From: Thermoanaerobaculia bacterium
Lineage (GTDB): Bacteria; Acidobacteriota; Thermoanaerobaculia; Multivoradales; J023
Direction of reading: 5' to 3'
NCBI GenBank assembly: GCA_028066595.1
Contig: JALCBJ010000030.1
Coordinates: 8,580 to 72,579 of the forward strand
DNA length: 64,000 bases
Positions within the stretch are counted from its first letter, which is position 1. Every line of letters starts with the position of its first letter. The position numbers were made by a program, and so were the translations under genes. Shown here one piece after another: positions 29,125 through 37,296 of this stretch. The notes beneath the pieces are model-generated. The model was not told where the DNA came from and searched no databases. It saw only the letters and a program-made list of their open reading frames with translations.

Positions 29125-31326
29125 GTGAATTCACTTACCCATGCGCGCATGAGGCGCGCGTCCGGGCGAGTCACGTTGTGCGTGCTCGCACTCGGAGCCT
29201 TTGCGCTCCTCCTGGCGACTTCGGCTCGTGCGGTCGATCCAGAGCAAGACGAACCAACACCAGAACAGGCCGATTCGGAGGACAGCCATGAGCAGGGAAC
29301 GGAGCCACTCCGGGTCTACGACGAGGTGGAAGTGCGCTCCCGCTCGTCGGACCTGGTGGGTGTTGCCACTTCCGCCAATGAAGGCGCTACCGGACGAGCC
29401 GATCTCGAGCGTAGACCGATTCTGCGTGCCGGTGAGATCGTCGAGTCCACGCCGGGTGTCGTGGCGACGCAACATTCGGGTGGCGGCAAGGCCAACCAGT
29501 ACTTCCTACGCGGCTTCAATCTGGACCACGGCACTGACTTTTCGCTCAGTGTCGGTGGCGTGCCGGTCAATATGCCCACCCATGGACACGGTCAAGGCTA
29601 CGCCGACCTGGCGTTTCTGATTCCCGAGACCATCGACCATCTGTACTACCGCAAAGGTCCCTATTGGGCAGACCAGGGCGACTTCTCCGCCGCGGGTTCG
29701 GCGCAGATCGATCTCAGCCGCCGTGTAGGAGATCGCGTGGAATTCGCGGGCGGTAGCTACGGAGAGGGACGGGTCCTGTGGCTCGATGGCATCGCCGCCG
29801 ATCCAACATCGAACAGCCTCTTGCGCCGCGGTGATGCAGTCGTTGCTGTCGAGCTGTTCCGGTCTGACGGACCCTGGACGCGCGACGACGAGTACGAGGG
29901 AGTCAAGACGCTGCTCCGCTGGGAGACCGGCGACGCGACCCGCGGCTCGTCGGTGGCGATCATGGGCTACGACGCCGACTGGCTGTCCACGGACCAGGTG
30001 CCACGTCGTGCCGTGGACTCAGGACTGATCGAGCGATTCGATCTCATCGACTCGGGGCCGCGCGGCAGCACGTCGCGCTGGAGCCTTTCGGCGAAGGGAC
30101 ACCGCGGCACAGACGATGCCCTCCTCAGCTGGAGCGGGTATGCCCTGTACTACGACTTCCGGCTGGTCTCGAACTTCACTTACTTGCTGGAAGATCCGCT
30201 GAACGGCGACCAGTTCGAGCAGCTCGACGAACGTTGGATCTTCGGCGGAGAATTTCGTGGTACTTGGCAGCGCCAGCTTTTTGGACGCTCGGGTGAAGTG
30301 TCAGCCGGGGTCGACATCCGCCACGACGACATCGACAACGGCCTCTTCCGCACCAGCGACCTGAGACAGACCGGCACTGTTCGGTCCGATGCGGTTCGTC
30401 AGGTGACCGGCGGGCCTTGGGCCGAGTTCGCGGTCGACTGGACGGACAGGGTCCGGGTGCGTGCCGGCTTGCGAGCCGAGCTCTTCGATGCCGAGGTCGA
30501 CAGCGATCTTGCAATCAATTCCGGCAGTCGCAGCGATGTCTTGCTCTCGCCCAACCTGAACTTCACCTTCGGTCCCTGGAACGACACCGAGGTGTATCTC
30601 AACCTGGGCTGGGGCCATCACTCAAATGATGCCCGCGGCGCCGTCATTCGTGTCGATCCTTCGAACGGCGAGTCGGTCGAGCGGGTCGATCCGCTGGTGC
30701 GTGCCCGCGGTGCCGACCTGGGTTTCCGCACCTCCGCCTGGCGAGGTGCTCAATCGACTCTGACGGTTTTCGGCCTGGAGCTCGACTCCGAGCTTCTCTT
30801 CGTCGGAGACGGTGGAGCCACCGAAGCCAGTCGCCCGAGCCGGCGCGTCGGCGTCGAGTGGACCCACGTGCAGCGTATCGGTTCCCGGCTCCAACTCGAC
30901 CTGGACATCACCTGGACCGATGCCGAGTTCACGGACGGCGAGCGAGTCGACGGAGAACTCGTCGGCAACCGAATCCCCGGAGCGGTGGAAACCACTATCG
31001 CCGGGGGAGTCTCCTGGGCGGCGCCAGAGGGCCCCGGCTTCTTCGGAGGCCTGCGTTGGCGTTACTTCGACGGTGCGCCGCTGGTGGAGGACGGATCGGT
31101 TACGGCGTCCACCACGTCGCTGGTCAACGGGCGCCTGGGCCATCGATTCGAGAGTGGACTCGATCTCGTGCTGGAAGTCTTCAATCTCCTCGACGAGGAG
31201 GCCTCCGACATCGAGTACTTCTACGCGTCGCGCCTGCCGGGAGAGCCCTTGGACGGCGTCGAAGACGTCCACTTCCATCCCGTCCAACCGTTGTCGGCAC
31301 GCTTGGTATTGATGTGGAGGTACTGA
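29125..31326 (+). CDS. TonB-dependent outer-membrane receptor
   Basis: Signal peptide; plug-domain-like region (ILRAGEIVESTPGVVATQHSGGGKANQYFLRGFNLDHGTDFS); long beta-barrel region ending in aromatic residues (...LVLMWRY). GGAGG Shine-Dalgarno 5 nt upstream of a GTG start. Confidence 0.75.
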   Translation: MNSLTHARMRRASGRVTLCVLALGAFALLLATSARAVDPEQDEPTPEQADSEDSHEQGTEPLRVYDEVEVRSRSSDLVGVATSANEGATGRADLERRPILRAGEIVESTPGVVATQHSGGGKANQYFLRGFNLDHGTDFSLSVGGVPVNMPTHGHGQGYADLAFLIPETIDHLYYRKGPYWADQGDFSAAGSAQIDLSRRVGDRVEFAGGSYGEGRVLWLDGIAADPTSNSLLRRGDAVVAVELFRSDGPWTRDDEYEGVKTLLRWETGDATRGSSVAIMGYDADWLSTDQVPRRAVDSGLIERFDLIDSGPRGSTSRWSLSAKGHRGTDDALLSWSGYALYYDFRLVSNFTYLLEDPLNGDQFEQLDERWIFGGEFRGTWQRQLFGRSGEVSAGVDIRHDDIDNGLFRTSDLRQTGTVRSDAVRQVTGGPWAEFAVDWTDRVRVRAGLRAELFDAEVDSDLAINSGSRSDVLLSPNLNFTFGPWNDTEVYLNLGWGHHSNDARGAVIRVDPSNGESVERVDPLVRARGADLGFRTSAWRGAQSTLTVFGLELDSELLFVGDGGATEASRPSRRVGVEWTHVQRIGSRLQLDLDITWTDAEFTDGERVDGELVGNRIPGAVETTIAGGVSWAAPEGPGFFGGLRWRYFDGAPLVEDGSVTASTTSLVNGRLGHRFESGLDLVLEVFNLLDEEASDIEYFYASRLPGEPLDGVEDVHFHPVQPLSARLVLMWRY

Positions 31327-31351
31327 CGCGGGTCGACTGGTGAATACCCGC

Positions 31352-34009
31352 TCATTCCCACCGCAAGATCCGGCTCGGGTCGACCCGGGCCGCCTTGCGG
31401 GCGGGGATGGCAGCAGCTATCAGTGCCGACGCGGCCACCAGAAGTGCCACGCCGACGAGCACCGACGGATCGGTGGCCGATACTCCGAAGAAGAGTCGCT
31501 CTGCGGCGTGGCCGGCAAGAATCGCGCCGCTCAGTCCGACGACGACCGCGGCGGCCGTCCAGGTGGCGACCCGGCGGACGAAGAGCCCTACGACTTCCAG
31601 CGGCCGAGCTCCCAACGCCATGCGCACGCCGACTTCTTGGCGACTCTCCGTGACCGAAAGCATGGTGACGCCATAGATGCCGACGATGGAAAGCAGGAAA
31701 GCCAGTGCGCCGAAGGCTGTGACGACTCGGGAAAGGAACTGCCGATCGGCCAGCGTGCCGCGGACGATGCTGCGGATGGGGTGGACGTCGTATACGGGAA
31801 TCGTCGGGTCGATCGCCGCTACGGATCCCCGGAGCTCGGGCGCCAGTGCCGCGAGATCGCGCTGTGTGGCCAGAACCAAGCTCATCCGACGCTCGGGCTC
31901 TTGGGCGTGGGGAAAGTAGATGGCCTGTCGCGGCGCCGTACCCGGATCCACGTGGTGCACGGTCTCCACCACACCTACGATGCGGCGTTCGCGCGCCGGA
32001 TCGCCCCAGTTGATGTGTAGACCTTTGCCCAGGGCGTCGCCGTTGGGCCAGAGATCGTCGGCGAGGTCGCGGCTGACGATGACGCTACCCACGGTGTCTT
32101 CGCCGTGATCGCTGGAGTCGAAGTTCCGCCCCTTCACCAGCTCGATACCCATGGCAGCGAAGTAGGCACCCTCCACCACGCGGATATCGGCGACCGGCCA
32201 GTCCGCCGCATCCGGTTCGGGGCGGTCCGTGGCGGCGAACGAGGTGCCGGCGCCCAGTCCTGCCATCGGGACCGCCGTGACGGCACCGACCCTGTCGACA
32301 CCTGGCAGGGCTCCGACATCAGCCATCAGCTGATCGAGAAAGTTCGACATGCGTTCGGGGCCGTAGTCGCGGGGCGGCGAGACGCTGAAGGCCACGACGC
32401 CGTCGGTGTCGAAGCCTGGGTCCACCGAGAGCAGTCGATGAATCGTCTGCAGCATGAGTGCGGCGCCCACGAGTAGGACGAGGGCCAGCGCGGTCTGGGC
32501 GAAGACCATCCCGGCACGTGCGCGGTGGCGGCCTCGTCCGCCGCCGAAATCGCGCGTGCTGCCGGGCCGCGCCGCGGCCCGGAGTCCGGAAAGACCGGTG
32601 AGCAGGGCCAGGACAATGATCAGCATGCTGCCGGCGGCCAGGGCCGCAACCCAAACGGCGCCTTCGGTCGTCGACGCCGCTGCCGCCAGATGTTCGGGCA
32701 GGCTCGCAGCGGAGAGTCGTCGTAGCCCCAGGGCCAAGACCCAGCCTGCGCCGGCGGCCAGACCCGCCAGCAATAGGCCTTCGGCGAAGAATTGGCGCGC
32801 GAGGCGTGTCCGGCCGGCCCCCAGTGCACGGCGGAGACCCAGCTCTTCGGCGCGGGCCAGGTTGCGCGACAACAAAAGGCTGGAGGCGTTGATGCAGACG
32901 ACCAACAGCAGCAGCAAGACCGCACCGCCCAGTGCCGTGAGCGGCAGCTCCAGCGGTTCCCGCAAGACCTCTGCCAGCGGGATGGCGTGGCCGATCCAGC
33001 CGGCGTTGAAATCGGGCATGGCCTCTCGTTGGCGATCCATGATGCCCGACGCCTCTGCGTGGGCTTCCTCCGGAGCAGAACCGTCCGCCAGTCGGGCTAC
33101 GATCATCAACCACCGGCCTCGCTGGGTCGCCCACTCTTCGGTCACCGGCAAGGGTCGCCAAAGGTCGGCGGCGTCGCCATACGGTGCTCGGGCGGGGCCC
33201 AGGTCGAGAGCGGCTCCCGGGGGCATGACTCCGATGACCTCATACGGAATGCCGTCGATTTTCAGCTTCTCTCCCTCGACGTCTCGGCGGCCGCCGAAGT
33301 GCTGCCGCCAGAGGCGGTGGCTGATCACCGCGGGTGCAGGATCTTCCAGAAGCCCATCCCCCGGTCGAAAGGTGCGCCCGACGGCTGGCGGAATCCCCAG
33401 CACCTCGAAGTACTCTTCCGTGACCCAGCGTGCACCGACGCGCATGGGCGGAACACCTTCAGCGTTCAGGCTCGCGGGGACCGTGATGAAGCCGGCCAGT
33501 TGGTCCAGCGTCTTCGCGCCGTCGCGGAACGCGACGAAGTTCGCCGGACCTACCACGTTCAGGCCCTTGCCGCGTGTCGTCTGCTCCTCCCAGAGCGTGA
33601 CGAGGCGATCCGGGTCGGAGAAGGGTAGCTTCTTCCAGAAAGCATGGTGCCAGATACCCGCCATCGTCAGACTGGTGCCGAGTCCCAACGCGAGCATGCC
33701 GACCAGGAGTATTGCCAGACCCGGTCGCTTGGCGAAGCGGCGGAGGGCGAATCGAAGATCCTGGCGGACCTCGTCGAGCCAGGCCACGAGGCGCCATCGA
33801 CGGTTCCGGATACCGGCCTCGCGGAGGCATTCGGCGGCATGTCGATCGAGATCGCCGAATCGTTCGAGGGCCTTGCGCCGTGCGTCCCGCTGGGACATAC
33901 CTTGGTCGACGTATTCCTTCGTTCGGAGTTCCAGATGAGTCGCCAGCTCTTCATGAACCTCCGACCCCGCCGGACGTTGCCACAGCGGAGATTTGTTGGA
34001 GCGTTTCAC
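31352..34009 (-). CDS. ADOP-type ABC transporter permease (duplicated FtsX/MacB-like), PadR-associated
   Basis: ORF 31352..34282, trimmed to the GTG at 34009 that overlaps the PadR stop (GTGA). The N-terminal soluble helix region matches ADOP N-termini (...EYVDQGMSQRDARRKALERFGDLDRHAAECLREAG...) and is followed by two FtsX 4-TM modules. Confidence 0.8.
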   Translation of the reverse strand: MKRSNKSPLWQRPAGSEVHEELATHLELRTKEYVDQGMSQRDARRKALERFGDLDRHAAECLREAGIRNRRWRLVAWLDEVRQDLRFALRRFAKRPGLAILLVGMLALGLGTSLTMAGIWHHAFWKKLPFSDPDRLVTLWEEQTTRGKGLNVVGPANFVAFRDGAKTLDQLAGFITVPASLNAEGVPPMRVGARWVTEEYFEVLGIPPAVGRTFRPGDGLLEDPAPAVISHRLWRQHFGGRRDVEGEKLKIDGIPYEVIGVMPPGAALDLGPARAPYGDAADLWRPLPVTEEWATQRGRWLMIVARLADGSAPEEAHAEASGIMDRQREAMPDFNAGWIGHAIPLAEVLREPLELPLTALGGAVLLLLLVVCINASSLLLSRNLARAEELGLRRALGAGRTRLARQFFAEGLLLAGLAAGAGWVLALGLRRLSAASLPEHLAAAASTTEGAVWVAALAAGSMLIIVLALLTGLSGLRAAARPGSTRDFGGGRGRHRARAGMVFAQTALALVLLVGAALMLQTIHRLLSVDPGFDTDGVVAFSVSPPRDYGPERMSNFLDQLMADVGALPGVDRVGAVTAVPMAGLGAGTSFAATDRPEPDAADWPVADIRVVEGAYFAAMGIELVKGRNFDSSDHGEDTVGSVIVSRDLADDLWPNGDALGKGLHINWGDPARERRIVGVVETVHHVDPGTAPRQAIYFPHAQEPERRMSLVLATQRDLAALAPELRGSVAAIDPTIPVYDVHPIRSIVRGTLADRQFLSRVVTAFGALAFLLSIVGIYGVTMLSVTESRQEVGVRMALGARPLEVVGLFVRRVATWTAAAVVVGLSGAILAGHAAERLFFGVSATDPSVLVGVALLVAASALIAAAIPARKAARVDPSRILRWE

Positions 34010-34353
34010 GACGCCGGCTCCGTCGACAAGACGCGCGAAACGATCTGGGCGAACCGCGTCCAATCTTCGGTTTCCCTCTGCAACTGCGCACGTCCGAACG
34101 GTGTCAAGCGATAGTGCTTGGCACGGCGTCCCAACTCCGAGACGCCCCATTCCGACTCCACATACCCTCGTTTCTCGAGTCGGTAGAGAGCAGGGTAGAG
34201 GGAACCCTCTTCGATACGAAGCATGTCGTCGCTGACGTCCTCCAGCCAACGGGCGATGCCATAGCCATGGCGAGGTCCCCACGCCAGAGTCTTGAGGATC
34301 AGCGTGTCGAGAGTGCCGCGCAGCAGGTCGGAGCTAGAGGTGTCTTTCGCCAT
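34006..34353 (-). CDS. PadR family transcriptional regulator
   Basis: 115 aa with the winged-HTH PadR signature LILKTLAWGPRHGYGIARWL...GSLYPALYRLEKRGYVESEW. Confidence 0.85.
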   Translation of the reverse strand: MAKDTSSSDLLRGTLDTLILKTLAWGPRHGYGIARWLEDVSDDMLRIEEGSLYPALYRLEKRGYVESEWGVSELGRRAKHYRLTPFGRAQLQRETEDWTRFAQIVSRVLSTEPAS

Positions 34354-34443
34354 GTCGACTCCGTTCGTCGGAATTGCCTAGAGTGTCTAGGTAATGGATA
34401 CGAACGGTCTGGTGAAAGGTTACCCAGTCTGTCTAGGTGTGAG

Positions 34444-34502
34444 TGTTTTCTTGAACTCCCCCTCCAGCTCCCCCTCTCCGAAGAGGGGGAGAGCCAAGGC
34501 AG
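34444..34502. repeat. 59-bp intergenic repeat, copy 1, with an embedded hairpin (CTCCCCCTC-TCCGAAGA-GGGGGAG)
   Basis: Direct reading: tgttttcttgaactccccctccagctccccctctccgaagagggggagagccaaggcag. Recurs at 34639..34697 with 2 mismatches. Confidence 0.8.
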
Positions 34503-34576
34503 CTCCACGACCCGCGATCGACGCACCGGGGACGGATTCACCTGCGACGAGACTTCCGGCGTCATGCACACCCAGT

Positions 34577-34600
34577 GCCCCCCTTTTCCGAAAGGGGGGT
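34577..34600. repeat. Related C-run / TCCGAAA / G-run hairpin (cccccttttccgaaagggggg)
   Basis: Seen directly, between the two 59-bp copies. Same poly-C / ccgaa / poly-G architecture. Confidence 0.6.
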
Positions 34601-34638
34601 TAGGGGGGATTTCGAATCAACGCCGCTTGGCAGCAGCT

Positions 34639-34697
34639 GTTTTCTTGAACTCCCCCTCCAACTCCCCCTTTCCGAAGAGGGGGAGAGCCAAGGCAGG
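34639..34697. repeat. 59-bp intergenic repeat, copy 2 (hairpin ctcccccttt-ccgaaga-gggggag), immediately 3' of the GNAT gene stop
   Basis: tgttttcttgaactccccctccaactccccctttccgaagagggggagagccaaggcag; it could double as the terminator of the 34704..35327 gene. Confidence 0.8.
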
Positions 34698-34703
34698 GGC
34701 GTT

Positions 34704-35327
34704 TCAAGAAGCAGACGGGTTGGTTTCGTCCGGCAGGAAGTCCTCCTCCAGGTCCACTTCCCGCGACATCATGATCAGATTGTGGGTGCGGCCTTCGCGA
34801 TCGATGACCCAGTCGTGGAGCATGGCCTCGGGAATGAAGCCCAAGCTGTGAAACAGGGTCTGAGCGCTCCGCTGCGTGCTGGTCATCTGAGCCACCAGTT
34901 TCTGCAGATCCTGACGTTTCGCCAGTTCTAGAATCTGGCGCGCGAGGCGGCCTCCGAGGCCGTGGCCACGCCCGTCGGACGCCACCAGGAGCAGGATCTC
35001 CCCAAGGTGACGGGTCCACAGGCTCTCCGAGAGTTGCAAGCTGGAGTAGCCCAGGATTCTCTCTGCTCCGTCACTGGAGCTGGGCTCCACCGCAACGACC
35101 GTCTGCGTCTGACCTGACTCCAGGTCCCGAAGCCATTGGTCGACGACGTGTTCCTGCGTGATGTCAGTGCGCAGGAAGAGAAGATCTTCTTCCGGCAACG
35201 CGCGCGCAAAGCGCAAGACAGCCCTGCGGTCATCCGCTGTCATGGAACGAAGCAACGCGGGTCGCCCGTCCAGATCCACGGTTTCCGGGAGATTCGGATC
35301 TTCCACGATGAGGGTCACGGTCAGCAA
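34704..35327 (-). CDS. GNAT family N-acetyltransferase
   Basis: 207 aa with motif A (VASDGRGHGLGGRLARQILE). Confidence 0.75.
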   Translation of the reverse strand: MLTVTLIVEDPNLPETVDLDGRPALLRSMTADDRRAVLRFARALPEEDLLFLRTDITQEHVVDQWLRDLESGQTQTVVAVEPSSSDGAERILGYSSLQLSESLWTRHLGEILLLVASDGRGHGLGGRLARQILELAKRQDLQKLVAQMTSTQRSAQTLFHSLGFIPEAMLHDWVIDREGRTHNLIMMSREVDLEEDFLPDETNPSAS

Positions 35328-35353
35328 ATCATATCAGCGGACCATCTCGACCT

Positions 35354-35716
35354 TCAGTACGGCATCTCCTCGTCGGACAGCCCAAAATGATGCCCGAGCT
35401 CGTGAACCACGGTGTCCCGGATTTCTAGGATCAGCTCTCGGCGGCTACGGCAGTAACGACACAACGGCCCGCGAAAGATCGATACGTGGTCGGGGAGGCC
35501 GAAGTAGCCCACCTCCCGTTCGGTCTGGGGCACACCGGTATACAGACCCAGCAACTCTTCACCGGGATCGAAGCCCATCTCCTCGAGAATGGCCGCGTCC
35601 GGCTCGTCCGCGACCACCACTGCCACGTTCTCGAGTAGCTCGGCGAATTGCTCTGGCAGCTGGTCGAGCGCCCTCTCGACCAAGGCCTCGAATTCCTCCG
35701 GCGGAACCCTCAACAT
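35354..35716 (-). CDS. Zincin-like metallopeptidase (HExxH; DUF1025-type)
   Basis: HELGHHFG zinc-binding motif. ORF 35354..35767; probable start MLRVPPEEFEAL... at 35716. Divergent from the REC-LpxC gene. Confidence 0.6.
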   Translation of the reverse strand: MLRVPPEEFEALVERALDQLPEQFAELLENVAVVVADEPDAAILEEMGFDPGEELLGLYTGVPQTEREVGYFGLPDHVSIFRGPLCRYCRSRRELILEIRDTVVHELGHHFGLSDEEMPY

Positions 35717-35790
35717 CTCGTCTCCCGGGGGAACGTGGCGTAGCCCTGGCGGGGGCTGGGGAGCCACCTGGGTGCTGTATCATCTCGCCC

Positions 35791-37098
35791 ATGTCCGCCA
35801 GCGTTCTCATCATCGACGACGAGCCCGGCGTCATCGGCGCCGTCGCCGACGTATTGGTCGACGAAGGCTACCAAACGCTGACGGCCCGAAGCGGCGCGAC
35901 CGGGATGGAGCTCTTCCGGAGCGAACGTCCCGATGTCGTGTTTCTCGACATCTGGCTGCCGGACCGAGATGGTCTCGAGGTGCTGCACGCGCTACGCGAA
36001 GCCGATCCGACCGTCGCGGTGGTGATGATCTCCGGACACGGTACGGTGTCTACTGCGGTCAAGGCTATTCGCATGGGTGCCTATGAGTATCTTGAAAAGC
36101 CTCTTTCCTATGAGCAGGTCACGCAGGCGATGGAGGGAGCCCTGGACTTTCGCAGGCGCGGCGGCGGCGACTCGCAAGCGACCGATTCCGGACGCGACCG
36201 AGGCGAGGTGGCCGCCGAGATTCAGCCTCCACCGGTGCTGCCGATCGTCAAGAACGGTCGCAAGCACCAACGCACCATCAAGCACTCGACCGTGATTTAC
36301 GGACTGGGGCTCCATTCGGGTACGCGGACCGCCATGGTCCTCCAACCCTTGCCCCCCAACTCCGGCATCCAATTCCTCACACTGCCAGCCGAGAAGGTCA
36401 TTTCGGCGCATGTGACGAGCGTCGCGGAGACGGACTACGCCACCACGCTGTCTCGGGAGGGCGAGAGCGTCAAGACCGTGGAGCACCTGCTTTCGGCGCT
36501 CCACGCCTACGGCATCACCAACCTGCTGATCAAGGTCCATGGCGAGATTCCGGTCCTCGATGGATCGGCCCTCGAGTTCTGCCGCGCGCTTGACGAGTCG
36601 GGGGTAGAGAGCCAGCGCGTGGTCCGCCGTGAGCTGGTCATCGATCGGGTCTACGAGATCGGGGGCGATGAGAAGAGGCCCGACAAGAGGCTCACCATCG
36701 AGCCTTACGATGGCTTTGCCGTTACCTATCAGTTGAGTTACCCTCCGCCGATCGGAGACCAATACTGTGAGTTCGAGCTCGACTCCGTCGAGGGCTACAA
36801 GGCCGAGATCGCGCCGGCACGTACGTTCGGTTTCGTGAAGGACGTGAAGATGATCAACGAGCTGGGCCTGGGCTCTGGCGGCCGTCTCGACAACCACATT
36901 CTGGTGGGTGAGGACGACATCATCAACACCGAGCTACGGTTCGACAACGAGTTCGTGCGCCACAAAATCCTCGACATCATCGGCGATCTGTACTTGAACG
37001 GTTTTCCGATTCGCGGCAGGGTTCGAGCGCACCTCACCGGCCACCGCGACAACATCGCCATCGTGCGGGAGATCTTCGAGGCCAACTCACCGCAATAG
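35791..37098 (+). CDS. lpxC: Response-regulator receiver domain fused to UDP-3-O-acyl-N-acetylglucosamine deacetylase (REC-LpxC)
   Basis: Start MSASVLIIDDEP at 35791 inside longer ORF 35158..37098. REC residues are intact: DD acidic pocket (IIDDE), phospho-acceptor Asp (VVFLDIWLPD), the conserved Ser/Thr (VVMISGHG) and Lys (LEKPL). LpxC body aligns with E. coli LpxC: GLGLHSG, VEHLLSALHAYGITN (E78/H79), ARTFGFV (T191/F192), HKILDIIGDLYL (H238/D242), TGHRDN (H265). Confidence 0.85.
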   Translation: MSASVLIIDDEPGVIGAVADVLVDEGYQTLTARSGATGMELFRSERPDVVFLDIWLPDRDGLEVLHALREADPTVAVVMISGHGTVSTAVKAIRMGAYEYLEKPLSYEQVTQAMEGALDFRRRGGGDSQATDSGRDRGEVAAEIQPPPVLPIVKNGRKHQRTIKHSTVIYGLGLHSGTRTAMVLQPLPPNSGIQFLTLPAEKVISAHVTSVAETDYATTLSREGESVKTVEHLLSALHAYGITNLLIKVHGEIPVLDGSALEFCRALDESGVESQRVVRRELVIDRVYEIGGDEKRPDKRLTIEPYDGFAVTYQLSYPPPIGDQYCEFELDSVEGYKAEIAPARTFGFVKDVKMINELGLGSGGRLDNHILVGEDDIINTELRFDNEFVRHKILDIIGDLYLNGFPIRGRVRAHLTGHRDNIAIVREIFEANSPQ

Positions 37099-37296
37099 CT
37101 CCGTGTCCGCGGTCCACATCTTGGCTTCTAACCGATCTGGTCGCAGGTCCGCTCGTCGTGGTGGAGGTTCCACCGGGAGCTACTGTGCGCCGGGGAACCC
37201 GGTCTCCTGGCGCGGCTTACGACTGATGGAATGTCGTGAGCTCTGGTCAGGGTGTCCGATCGATGGACAATGCAGTATCGATGAACGGTCCCCGTC

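Noticed and set aside
34605-34630. ggggggatttcgaatcaacgcc, superficially like a tRNA T-arm (GGTTCGAATCC).
   Set aside because: No complementary acceptor or T stem and no anticodon-arm context. It is just the G-run of the hairpin repeat followed by TTCGAAT.
33712-34851. 379-aa ORF, plus small ORFs 34394..34603 and 34575..34931, spanning the PadR locus and the intergenic repeats.
   Set aside because: They run antisense through PadR/ADOP, and their 'conserved' peptide FLELPLQLPLSEEGESQG is simply the translation of the 59-bp DNA repeat.
35158-35790. N-terminal 211-aa extension of the REC-LpxC ORF.
   Set aside because: The extension is Arg/Ser/Pro-rich junk that overlaps the divergent GNAT and metallopeptidase genes. 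The receiver domain begins cleanly at MSASVLIIDDEP (ATG at 35791).
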